Of a stretch of 64,000 bases of DNA, positions 38,021-50,261 are shown piece by piece. Within the stretch, counting starts at the first letter, position 1; each line of letters opens with the position of its first letter. This stretch comes from Podarcis tiliguerta (taxonomy: Eukaryota): the NCBI GenBank assembly GCA_965153285.1, contig OZ229112.1; one strand, 5' to 3'. Made by a program: the position numbers and the translations under genes. The notes beneath the pieces are model-generated. The model was not told the DNA's origin. It made no database searches and saw only the letters and a program-made list of their open reading frames with translations.

Positions 38021-38790
38021 ATAATAATAACAATAATTTATTATTTATACCCTGCCCATCTGGCTGAGTTTCCCCAGCCACTCTGGGCGGCTCCCAATCA
38101 AATGTTAAAAACAGTACAGCTTTAAATATTAAAAACTTCCCTGAACAGGGCTGCCATCAGATGTCTTTTAAAGATATGATAGCTGCTTATTTCCTTCACA
38201 TCTGAAGGGAGGGTGTTCCACAGGGTGGGCGCCACTACCAAGAAGGCCCTCTATATGGTTCCCTGTAACCTCACTTCTCGCAATGAGGGAACCGCCAGAA
38301 GGCCCTCGGCACTGGATCTCAGTGTCCGGGCTGAACGATGGGGGTGGAGACGCTCCTTCAGGTATACAGGACCGAGGCCGTTTAGGGCTTTAAAGGTCAA
38401 CACCAGCACTTTGAATTGTGCTCGGAAACGTACTGGGAGCCAATGCAGATCTCTCAGGACCGGTGTTATGTGGTCCCGGCAGCCAGTCCCAGTCACCAGT
38501 CTAGCTGCCGCATTCTGGATTAATTGCAGTTTCCAGGTCACCTTCAAAGGTAGCCCCGCATTGCAGTAGTCCAAGCGGGAGAAAACTAGAGCGTGCACCA
38601 CTCTGGCGAGACAGTCCGCGGGCAGGTAGGGTCTCAGCCTGCGTACCAGATGGAGCTGGTAGACAGCCGCCCTGGACACAGAATTAACCTGCGCCTCCAT
38701 GGACAGCTGTGAGTCCAAAATGACTCTCAGGCTGCGCACCTGGTCCTTCAGGGGCACAGTTACCCCATTCAGGACCAGGGAATCCCCCAC
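38021..38790 (-). mobile_element. L2 LINE, 5'-truncated (ORF2 C-terminus + 3' UTR)
   Basis: ORF 38251-38865 carries L2 hallmarks SRLDYCN, LQLIQNAAARLVTG, HITPVLRDLHWLPVRFRAQFKVLVLTFKALNGLGPVYL; 3' end agccgcccagagtggctgggg...(TAT)n. Confidence 0.93.
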
Positions 38791-41016
38791 AAGGGGCAGG
38801 AGAATGCCGGATCCCTCTCCTCCCCATGCAATATGGAAAGGTTTCAGGAATGGAGAAGGAGGCAATTAAATACAGCAACATGATATTTTGCCCCTTGAGG
38901 TTGTACTACATCTTGAATTTTTTTCTGAAGGTCAAGTCAGTTTCTTTCAAGTACAACTAGCCTAAGACATTTATACCCTGAGTAAACCCTGAACTTAATA
39001 TAATGAAAATGCTGAAAATGAATTTCTGAATCTCTATCTACTATGTAACAGAATCCCATTCCCAAGAATAGCACTGATCAATCAAAACCTGTTGGTCCAT
39101 AGTCCTAAAAAATGCAAGATATAAAATCTATTTTCACTCAAGAATCGAAATTTCATTCTAAATCCACACTTTAATCTACCAAATCTGCAAGCCTATATAT
39201 GAATCTGTCTTGGGACATACATACAGTTACCTGGGGAAATGTCCCATTGAACTTAATGATAATTATTTCTTGGTAGGATTGTGCAGTAAATAAGGTGCTT
39301 GTACTTCCCTACAGTTGTGGTTAACACACAAACTTGCGGGGGGGGGGGGGGGGCTTCAGTTTCCTTTTTATATACACAATCTAAAGACCTCTAGACTATA
39401 CAGAAAGAGTCATTCTGAGGCCTACTACTGCTCAACAAGAGGGTTTTTGCCATTAGAGATGTCCCACAACAGATAGGCACATTATATAAAATTATAGTGG
39501 AATTGTAATTGACAAATATAAAATAATCATGTCAATGTCAGAGTACAGGTTTAAAAGATTATTGAAGTGGAACATGAAAGAGGAGCTTTCAGTATCAATG
39601 AACAGAAAGCACTACTGAGATTAGAGTAGGAAAGATCAGGAAGATGGGTCTCTGGTGACAAGGACAGGGCAATTTTACTTGATTAAACAAGCCAGAGCAT
39701 GTGGAAACTCAATGGTCAAAGCAGTGAAAAAAGGTGACTTTCATGCTCATGTTCAGGAATCCAAGGATGCTCGGATGTACAAAAATGGCTCTTGCACACA
39801 CAAACTGGATCATTTCAAAAGGGGAAGCTGTGGGCCCTGACTCAAATATGTATGCTTAAAGCTGTCATGGCTGCTAGCATTCAGCTCAGTCAGACACCTC
39901 ATAATTATGCTACTCGGCTGTTTTTTAGAGGAAGGAGGAACTAAGTCCAAGAAGAGGACTTCTTCCTACCTTCAAGGATTTTGAAGAGAGCAATCACAGT
40001 CTCAGCGCTGGATCCAGGGAGCACTTATAAGCACAGCACCTATCTGAATGTGTGTTTTCTCATCCAGCAAGTGATGTTTACTTATGCTACCTGATTGGAA
40101 CAGGGAATTAACATGAAAAACCAAAATGTACTGTATTGGAATAGAAGGCTGCTGCTCTAAAAACACACACACCAAAACACTTTTGAAAAATTATCTAGTT
40201 CAATATATCTCTATGATCAAATTTGTTAGAGTTATACAGAAATGTGATATCAGAAGTCACATTAATCTGTATGTGCCATATGTAGGAATTGTCCCACTTA
40301 AACTTAATCCATTCTTCCTACTGCTGAAAATAAATGCATAATTCACCCTTGTGCCACAAATTATTCTAAGAATTGTAATATATTATGTCACAACAAATGA
40401 AAATGACTCAAATATCATCCCGTTCTGTACTGTGGTTTTAAGAATGCGTTCCTCAATACGGAAATACAAAGGAGCATTTTGTGTATACTTATCACAGACA
40501 ACAATTTCCTGTTTCTTTTCCTGAGAATATGTCTAATGGGAAATTAAAGATTTTAATCATGGCATTATGACAATTGCTTTTACAAAGCATATCACCAACA
40601 TTTATTTAATCGCCATTTTCAGAAGCACATTTCTATTGTGATAGATAATATCATGTATTACATAAAAAGTTTGGATACAAGCTTTCCGATACGACAGCCT
40701 ATGGAACAACAAAAAAGGAGCTCTTTCTATATTTGCCATTCCACATAAGTTCTGTTATCTCAAAGTTTTGCTCTTTTTTGGTGGTTTTATTGAGGAACTA
40801 AACAGTGAAAACACATACATACCACAAAACCCAAACAGCTGCTTTTGTTAGAGAAAAGCCATTTCAGGAGAGGGCAATTTGGAGTGACAATGTTGTTAGA
40901 GGGGAGGGATGCTTCATTCTTTGCCTATGACCTTCTGATGCAACTCTTCTGTTAATTCATTCCAGCCCTGAAGTTAGAGTCTCCATTGGTGCCATTTTAT
41001 CTACATCTACTAAAAG

Positions 41017-41220
41017 GAACCGGTGTGATGCAGTGTTGGAATGCTGGACCATGGCCTGGGAGACCAGGGTTCAAATCTCCACTTAGACATGAAGCTCACC
41101 AGATGGCCTCGGGCAAATCACTCACTCTCAGCCTAACCTACCTCACAGAGTTGTTGTGAGGATAAAATGGGACCTATGTATGCCAATTTGAGCTCCTTAG
41201 AGTAAAGGTAGGATGCAAAT
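41017..41220 (+). mobile_element. MIR/Ther1-like CORE-SINE
   Basis: B-box gggttcaaatctcc, CORE ctcagcctaacctacctcacagagttgttgtgaggataaaatgg; homologous to 9561-9797. Confidence 0.78.
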
Positions 41221-43263
41221 GTGAAAAAGTTGCTATTTGTAAAGCTGTAGTAAGGTGCGGTGATTCAAAAGGGGCTCTTCACATAGGAAAAGGTGGCAAA
41301 TGTTAAGTATTCTTTGTAACAAATTTTGCAAGGCAGCAAAGGAAGATATTGGTCAGTACTGTGGCCTGGCTGAGAGCACTTATATAATATTGGCCCAGTC
41401 ACTTTCCTTCCTTCATTATGCCGTTGGCTTCCCTATTTCCTAGTTCTCTACTCAGTGATGACAAACTCTTTCTATATGGTTTGTCTGCTCCCGGCTTTAG
41501 TAGAGTTTCAGCAGAGCTAACTCACTTTCCACTTGACCGTGCTTAAGACTTCAAGATGCTTTTACTTCTCATCACTGGCTGAAGGATATTCTTATTGGAG
41601 CAGCTGTAGGTTACCATGCAACCAGTGCATGTCAATTCCTGTTAGGTTGTGTAACATACATTCAGTCATAAGGGAAAATTCAGCTGTTGGTCTTCTTAAT
41701 TATCCTGGGTGGAATGCTGTTTCACATGGCTGTTCATGCCTTCAACAAGTACAGCAACAGCTGGGTATGACACTCCACACTGAGCTGTCAAAATAGCATT
41801 CATTCTCATTAATTTTCAACATTTGTCAGCTGCAGCTCCCTACTGCAAGTGGTACTTGGAGTGGTATACAAGCCTCAACACATATATAATAAAATGCAAG
41901 AAGAAGGGATGATCCAAAATGATCTAGATTCTAGCCAGTAGAACCTAAATAACAGTCTTCAAGACCCTTAGGTGGAAAATATGAGAGAATGAAGCTGTCC
42001 TGTTCCCAGACACATGTGCCACTTAGTACGCAACACCCTCAATGTGTTCTATGGCAGGAGAAGCTGGTCACTTTCCCATTGGCATTATAGTGTGGGGTGG
42101 ATCTAGGATTCTCATAATTGGAGTTCTACTCCCAGGATATCTGCTGGAAGAAGGGGGAGAAGGTAATATTCTCCAGCCCCTGTTACAGCTCTCTGAAAAG
42201 TTGCTCCATGGTAGGATGATCCTCTGAAATGCATTGTTTTACCATTTTGTTAGGTTCTGCTCTTTATTGTGTATCTGGCTTAGAAATAATTTTAGTATGT
42301 TTTTCCACAAATGATTTTTTATTGTTCACTGCTTTTGGCAGCCAAGAAGTGAAACAGAAATGCTAAATAAATAAATAAATAAATAAAGACTATCAAGAAC
42401 TTACACCTTCAAGTTAGTTTCTTTGGATTTAGTGGAGTTTACACATGAAGTATTACAGTGGCATGGCAGACGCAAGCCCATGGGTAGGGTGGGGTGTGCA
42501 GGAGAAAGTTTAAAAAACAAAATACTTGGAATAGCTTCCAAGTTCAATGAAAGTGCACATGTCCACAAATATGCGTATGAAAAATAAATAAATCCTGCCC
42601 TCTAAATGTCTGTAACATGGAAAAACAGGTTTGCTTGTGACATAATCACTTAACTGCAGTTGTTGTATGACGGCAAAAACTGCAGATATATGACATGAAA
42701 AGTTACCATATATAATTTTTTACTGCTGTGAAAACATTCAAAAGACTAAAATTTATGAGCCTTTCCTCCAACTATCAATTGTGTTATTCTTCCTTTACAA
42801 AGTATAATTATATGTTGATCTAAACACTAATGTTGGTGTTTCTTTTGTTCAAACCTTAAGTCATTGGTATGATGTTCAGCCTATAAAAGCTAAAGGGCCA
42901 AATTACGTTATGAAACCCCTCCATTTATTACGAGCAGTCTGCTCACAAATGCAACCTAACCCCTTGACTCTTCCATGATTGCTTTGCATTAAATGCAAGC
43001 ACCCTGCATCCTTTTCAATAAAAAGAGGGTGGAAATTCCAATGTTTCTTAGGTTCTAGATCTGTTCAAAAACAATGATATGTATGAACAAGGCTTGATCT
43101 GTCTGAAAGTTGCTGCCACACAATTAAGCAAGCAGACACCAAACCACCAATTTCAGAAGCTGCATGAAACAACACCCTCATAAGAATATAATTGATGTGC
43201 TTTGTTCTCCCCTAAAGGGCATTCTCCCACGTTTCCAGATTTGCAAGGGGCTGTGCTGTGCTA

Positions 43264-43281
43264 GCACACCCCCTGGTGGAT
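43264..43281 (-). promoter_or_regulatory. Candidate CTCF site
   Basis: Minus strand reads ATCCACCAGGGGGTGTGC against the CTCF core CCACCAGGGGGCGC; the differences are C>T changes. Confidence 0.45.
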
Positions 43282-43529
43282 TCCACTGAGAAACATGTAA
43301 GGAAGACTTTACATAGGGGCTAGACTAGAGCCTTGATAGTTTGCTTAAAAATGAGACCTTGGTTTTTCAGGATTCTCTAAGGAGTATATGCTACAGAAAG
43401 TATTACACTTGCTTCTAGGGTGTCATATTCTATATTTGAGACCCTAGGCCTCAGAAATTATAACAATCACCCTAAGGACATCCAGCTTGACACAGATCAA
43501 GACTACTAGGTACTGTACCACTCATAGCT

Positions 43530-43705
43530 AGCTGCCTTATAAACACGGTCAGAGCATTAGTCCACCAAGCCCAGTACTATCTCTACAGTGGCTCTCCAGG
43601 GTTCCAGACAGGAATCTTTCACAATCCTAGCACTACCCAAAGACGCCAGAGATTCAACCTGGGGTCTCTTGTACAGAAAGCATGTGTTAGACCATTGACC
43701 TATGT
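43530..43705 (-). mobile_element. Old tRNA-derived SINE
   Basis: Minus strand begins with a tRNA-like head (cataggtcaatggtctaacacatgctttctgtac...ccaggttgaatctctggc) followed by a CR1-like tail. Confidence 0.5.
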
Positions 43706-44914
43706 ATGGACCTTCCTCTTACTCCAGTTATACAGCATTAATAGTTTGCCACAATAATACTTTGGGGCACAGAAGAGTTTGGCTGAGCAGCCTGTCAATC
43801 AGAGAGGCAGGTGTTTTATAAAATAGTCACGGAACAACCCCTCCACTACATGTAGCACTCTGTCTTTCCGCAACTTATTAATAGCCACCGTAAAAAAAAA
43901 GGAATGGCCACTTTAATAAACCTGACTTAGTTTATACTGAGTGTAGCATCAAACCTGCAACATAACTCCTCCCTTTTCTTCCTAGCCAATTTTATTACCT
44001 TAAACCTTAGTTGAAAAATGGCTATCAATTATTCTGTGAGGCTTCAGTAAATAACATTTATGAAAGGCATTGTCATGCAGACACAGAAGGAGGAAGCATT
44101 TTGTTCAGATTGCTTTTCAGTTGGGAAGATCAGGAGACAGCAGCTTTACAGCAGCAAGATTATGAGTGGGTTGTATAGGTCATACCATATTTTGGGGGAG
44201 AGAAAACATAGAGGCTTAAAAAAAAAAAGTTTACTGGACCTGTGCTTTTTATTTATTCCTGCATCTCCAGAGTCTAGAGCCTTCTCATTTCTGGCCCTGA
44301 CAGTTCACAAGATTGCAGAGATAAAAAAAAAGGAGGAGAGGGAGACTTCTCACTGAAAAAGAACAGATAGCAAAAGTATAAATTTTCAATCCATTTTTAT
44401 CTGATCCACATATTAGCCAAAAAAAACCCTCCCCTCTCCCCCCTGCCTGTGGTATATAAGAGATTTGAGTGAAACTGCTGACATGTATGGAATGTTAGAA
44501 GTAGTCCCAGAGGAGATTAGTGGACAGATTACTGGTCCAAAGGTTAAAGGTTGAAAATAAATGCCATTTATTCTGCAGCTTACAGTCTTTTACATAGCTG
44601 GACAGAAAAGGAGCTTATCCTAAAATTTGTATATTTACAAAATACTGCATTTTGTACAAAATTTAATTAATTAACTACCTTTGTAGGCAGAAAAAATGAG
44701 AACCAACGCTTAAAATGTTTGAAATGAAGATAATACATTGTTTTTGCTGCTGACTCCATGTGCTCTGTCTGAGTGGCCAAAAACTATCCAGGGCGCACAC
44801 TAGATAAATGGAGGATCTATATTATTTGATATAAATACTATCCTGCAATTTCAGTTGTTTTCTTCCCTCTATTAACCGCTCTCAAGGACTAGAAAAATCA
44901 GAGTTTTTGTCAGT

Positions 44915-45290
44915 GGCCTGTTTTGCATGTAACAGTACATGCAAAACCATGCCTTCAAATTAACTCATGAGTGTGTGGCTACTTACAGTAAATAAGTCCA
45001 TCTACAGTCACACTGTGGCTGTGCTAGTTTGGGTTACATCTGAACCAAGGCTTATGGTTTATCTCACTCCAGACAAACCAAAAGCTGTAAATAAGGTATG
45101 TTCTTGTCTTTACAGCTTGTAGTTCATCTGGAGTAGACAAACCACAAACTAAGCCAATTCATGGTTTAGCACAGTAACAGAATGGTTAGGGGAAGGAGTG
45201 AAGCAGCCTCAGTTTTTATTCTGAGTGCCTGCATGCTCATGCATTCACATGTAATTATGGTCTGTCTTAGTGTTACATATGAACTGGACC
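44915..45290. mobile_element. Palindromic Harbinger-like MITE
   Basis: Ends ggcctgttttgcatgtaaca / tgttacatatgaactggacc; central inverted repeat ctccagacaaaccaaaagctgtaaa...tttacagcttgtagttcatctggag. Confidence 0.55.
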
Positions 45291-45599
45291 ACTATTTGTA
45301 ATCTCATCAACACAGGCCAAAATCTAGAGATTCCCTTCCACCATCAGAAATAAGCTTTTTCCTCTTGAGTAGCTTGCACAAGGAAATTAAATATATCCAA
45401 ATAATAGTTTTGTACATGCATCACCTTTTTGCACCAAACTGCACAAGCATATTTCTTTCTTTCTTTTTCCTTGATTCCACGAGAACGAGAGCTGGTTCCA
45501 CCATTAGGTATGGTCAGATTCTGGAGTACCATAAAAGGGCAGCAAACAAACAGTTATTTTGAGGAAATGACAACCACTGAGCACTATTGCACTCAAATT

Positions 45600-45706
45600 G
45601 TGCTTTCAGGCTTCCTATAAGCATTTAATTGACCACTGCAGAACAGGTTGTTGGACTAGACTGACCTTGGGCCTGGATCCAGCAGAGCTCTTCTTATGGT
45701 CTTATG
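45600..45706 (+). mobile_element. Old CR1-type 3' end
   Basis: ttggactagactgaccttgggcctggatccagcagagctcttcttatggtcttatga. Confidence 0.55.
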
Positions 45707-46364
45707 ACTAAGATGATGACATATCAGTGTAGCATGTGAACATGGAAGGAGGAGGAAGATGAATCATAAAGCAGACACTGATGCATGCTCTTAAAGTTTT
45801 ACAGTGTACTGCACTACATGTCTACTTCAGATGTAGACCCCATTGAGTTCAGTGGAATCTACTTCCAGGTAAGAGGTGGGTGTAATATTGCAGTCTTGTG
45901 TATTTTATTTTAAAATGCAGTCCTAGGCAAAAGCCTCAAAAAAAAAATCAACTGCAGGTAAGAAGGTTTCTTTAAAAATGCATCACCTTGTCTACCAATG
46001 GTGTTATTAGTCATTCAAAAAGAATGATACATAGAGCATTTGAATTATTTTAAGGAAAAATCAAACTGACAATGAGGGAAGAAATACGAAACTGGGAATT
46101 GAGGTATCAGAATTCCTTAAAAAAGAAGAAGCTTACCATCATATCCAATTAAGGCTGTGATATATATATTTACCTAGGAGTAAATTCCATTGATTCAATA
46201 AGATGACTTCTGAGTAGACATGTATAGAATTGTGCTGTAAATGTTTTATCCCTTATCTACAAGCCTGTCTTGATTTTAAAATGTAAATGTTGTATGTGAA
46301 TAAATTTATGATCTTAAAATATCAGAAATTATCTTTATGAATATACAATATAAACATGACACTG

Positions 46365-46458
46365 TATTTTAATACCTTGTTGGAAGCCGCCCAGAGTGGC
46401 TGGGGAAACCCAGCCAGATGGGCGGGGTATAAATAATAAATTATTATTTTTATTATTT
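46365..46458 (+). mobile_element. L2 3' tail (short insertion)
   Basis: ggaagccgcccagagtggctggggaaacccagccagatgggcggggtataaataataaattattatt, same as the 3' end of the L2 at 38 kb. Confidence 0.85.
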
Positions 46459-48796
46459 CCCATAGTGTTCTAGGACTGAATTCAGATACATGGCAACATG
46501 TATCTTACTACAGCATACTAGAAACACAAATTAAATGGTATATTCGAAAGAAAAAGGCAAAACATTCAGTTACAGCTGAACAGAATTTTACACTTTCCAA
46601 AAGTCTCCTCCATTTCACACTGAAATAAATGTCAGATAACATCTCACAGTAACATTACCTCCAATACACAGCAAATATTGCTGTGTTTATTTTTCTAGCA
46701 TTCCATCTCCTAGCTGTAAAAATAGTTTGCAGTACAAATGAAAGCTCCAAGTACTTTGAAACAGTTGCATTGCTCTAGCCGCCAAAAATGTAGGCAGTAA
46801 GGAGGGAGGCATTCATCTCCTGTAGATGGAGTCTGGTAAAAGAGCACCAAAATGAATAGAGCATGCTGATCATCTGGGAATTCAGAACCTAGAGTGATTA
46901 ATTAGGCCTTATTTTGTCTTGAATAGATTTACTAAGCTATTTTCAACTCGCCACACTGTTTGTAATTACCAAAAATCACACCTCCATTGGCTGGCCTGAG
47001 TTACCTCATGCATGAACAACAATTTGATTGAGCGCTCTTTTTAGTATTTCATTCGGCATTGTAATTAGCCATAATCATAGACTTCCTGGGTGCATGAGAA
47101 TGTGCAAACGACCAATTCACAACCCTATCCTATTTGAATATGAATCTTCTCACTAAGCGGCAATTTAAGAAAGGGAAACAAAAAGCAGTTTTCTCTAGGG
47201 AATTTTGCAAAGCAGTCCTGATTTAATTCTTTCTCTTTCTTTCTCTCACTCTTTTTTTTTTTAAAGTTCCCATTTCAAGCATTTGGATTCTGTTTGCTAA
47301 AACAAGGCTTGCTTAATGAAGACAATGGCTTATTATTTCTTGAAGTGGCACAACAGGACCCAAGCCTTACAAGTCCAGTTCTTTCAGCTTCTGCCAAGGA
47401 CACAAGAAACAAAGGAGCCAGCAGTAACAGGAGGCAAATAGAACTCTTTGCTTTCGGCTGCAGTTTGGGAACACTGTCCCTGGAGCAAGACCTGGGTCTC
47501 TTACTATTCTAGAACTTGGGCATTTTTCCTGTGAATGAGTCATGCACTGTCGAAAACAATCGCCACAGCGGGGACTTCAAAAGCGGGGGGGGGGGGGGCA
47601 TTACTGGTGCCATCAGAAGCACATTCATAGTGAGCCATCTAATGGTGACAAAGTCTCCCCCTCCTTTCTTATCAAAGCTCCAGCGGGAGAGACTTAAAAA
47701 CAAGCACTGAAAGGAATCCAGATAAATCCTTTGCCAAAGCAGAGGAAATTAGGTGAGAAAATATGAGTTTTGAAGAACAATGACCTGAGCTGGATCCCAC
47801 TTTAATATCCGAATGTGTTTTACAAGCACTTGGATTAAGAATAGAAAGTCTTAGTGGGGCACATTAAATGTCAGGTATGGAGAATTTTTATTTAAATAAT
47901 CACATATCTTTTAAGACCTTTGTCGTTTAAAAGGTAAATGTTTACTTTAAATAATGTGTTTCTAAAAAGAAAAAGCTAAAAAGGGAGAGCTAATATAGGA
48001 GTTTTACAAATATTGACCACTGAAATATGGAAAACATGTGCCACAAAATCAGTATTAATTGTGATTAGTTTGATAGCCTTCATCTTTTCTAAAAGAGTCC
48101 TATTTACAAACATCAGGTATAGACCAGGATAATTATGTTTAACCTCAGAATTGTAACTATAATTGTTTTTAAAAGAAAAAGAAAATCTGTTCCCATCATA
48201 TTTAGGATCCAGAAAAATAGATAAAATTATGAGTATTCTTCTCTTCATTTTTACATATTATGAAGCCTACATATAATCTCCCTGTAGCTGACAATGTTAG
48301 TGAGCTGGCTTTCCTGAATTCTGAAGGGATACTTCCCCACTAATATTTTAAACAGTCTTGGGACAGGAATAAAAAGATGATGCATTCACAGCAGTCTTTA
48401 GTTAGACTGGAAAATCTCTTAAGCCTGGAGTATTTTTACACTTAACATTATACCAAGCATATCAGAAATGTATATGTAAAAATGTCAAGTAACTACTTAA
48501 TACCAATTACACACACAGAGAGGGGGAGAGACTGTATGTGATTTAACACAAGCTAAGTTCAACAGGTTGACTATCCTTAGCTTCATCAACTAGTGTCACT
48601 ATAAGCTGCATTATTAGTTCATTTGCACTTCAAATATCTTACAGTGAAAATATTTATCCATGAATACTCACACAATAAGGTAAGGTTAGCAAACAAGGTA
48701 GCATATCAAACACATAATATGATATTTGTACTGCCAGTTTGTGTTTTTATATCTTCTTGTGGAATATATTAAATAATTATGAACTGCAATTATATT

Positions 48797-48949
48797 AAAG
48801 GTAAAGGTAAGGACCCCTGACAGTTAAGTCCAGTCGCAGCGGTCATCTCACTTTACTGGCCGAGGGAGCTGAAGTTTGTCCACAGACAGTTTTTCCAGGT
48901 CATGTGGCCAGCATGACTAAGCTGCTTCTGGCGAAACCAGAATAGCGCA
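48797..48949 (-). mobile_element. Sauria SINE, 5'-truncated
   Basis: aaaggtaaaggt tail plus the 3' half of the body; tRNA head absent. Confidence 0.85.
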
Positions 48950-49084
48950 TCTGTCCAATAATGTTTACCAATATATTTTCTTTCTTAAGGCCTCCTTCCT
49001 GAACTACTCCAATGCACTTGCATGTGCCCTTGAAGATGCTCCAAGTCCTAAACAGCTTTGGACCCAAGTGCTTACAATAGTGCC

Positions 49085-49440
49085 TCCCTCAGTATGAACC
49101 ACCTCAGGCCCTATGACTGGCAGGGGAGGCCCTGTTGGGGACGCTGCTGTGGGGGCTACCCACTTGGCACTGACTCAAAATAGGGCCTTCTTGGGGAATT
49201 GTGAAATGCCCTCCTTGGTGAAGTGTACCTGTCCCCCTCATTTTGGAAGAATTTTAAAGCATTCCTGTTCACCCAGACATTGGAGGGCTGTTTCTGGCAA
49301 GCATGAAATGACTAGCTGTGAGGATATGTGGCTGTTTTTAAAATGTTTTTAGATATTCTTAATGTTTTTGTAAATGTAATTATTTTACTGCTTTGCTGTA
49401 TGGTGATCTGGGCTTTTTTTAGAAAGAAGGGTGATGTAGA
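49085..49440 (+). mobile_element. Old L2-like 3' fragment
   Basis: agggccttct...gaaatgccctcc...ttttaaagcattcctgttcacccag pattern typical of an L2 ORF2 end, followed by an AT-rich UTR. Confidence 0.45.
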
Positions 49441-49736
49441 AAATACATACGTACATACTGTACATGCATACTAAGAAAGAGAGCCCAGTTGCTTGTGTTT
49501 CCCACATACTCACCCAGACTGCCTCTCTTCCCTAGCACTCCAGTCTGCAAGCTAACTAAGAGTTACCAATGGCTAGCTGAGAAGGTGGTGAGGGGTCTAT
49601 TTAAGCTGCAGCTGTGCAGGAATGAGAGACAGATTTCATCCTTAGATTATACTAATATTCCATTTTCTAGCAATCAGACATGAAACAATCTACAACAGAA
49701 ATCTGACCCGTGACTCCTGAAAAGATGAAAAAGTAT

Positions 49737-50261
49737 TGTTGCATGGCACCCCAATCTCTGAGCAGTGAGAGATTCCAGGAGTTCCAGGCACCTACCCAGG
49801 GTTCGGTTTCCTTAGAATGAGGGGTGGTGGAGATTGTGGCGTCATTCGGATATATGGTTTATTTACACATATATACAACCTGAGCCTAAGCTGGAAGGGC
49901 TCATGGCATTGACACTCCAGAAGGTCTCGATTCTCCCATGATCACAGCCTTGGAATCAAATAGAAATCAAGCATGGCTCTCACTCTATGGCTTCTGCCTG
50001 CTTCTAGCCCTCAGCTCACAACTGCCCTGGCTTTTGTCCTTTCCACTAACTACCATGCAGGTGAGAAAGGGGAGCCCACCATTTGCTCTCTAGCACAGAG
50101 CAGCTTCCTTTGTTATACTGACAACCAGACTTAGGTGGTAACTTCAACCCATGCTTGGCTAATTCAACAATTGAATTCTCCATTAGATTTTAACCCTTAC
50201 TGGATCCAGGAACTATAAGTGACTTAGGCATCATACAGACTAACCCCCCAAACTCACAACA
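49737..50261 (-). mobile_element. Probable solo LTR (525 bp)
   Basis: TGTTG...CAACA termini; 4-bp TSD gtat at 49733-49736 and 50262-50265; AATAAA on the minus strand at 49858-49863. Confidence 0.7.

Noticed and set aside
38213-38881. 204-aa ORF as a host gene
   Set aside because: It is the ORF2 C-terminus of a truncated L2 element.
39338-39353. Poly-G runs (also ~16301, 47585, 55415, 57860, 60920) as G-quadruplex signals
   Set aside because: Simple homopolymers scattered without pattern; lengths are unreliable in assemblies.
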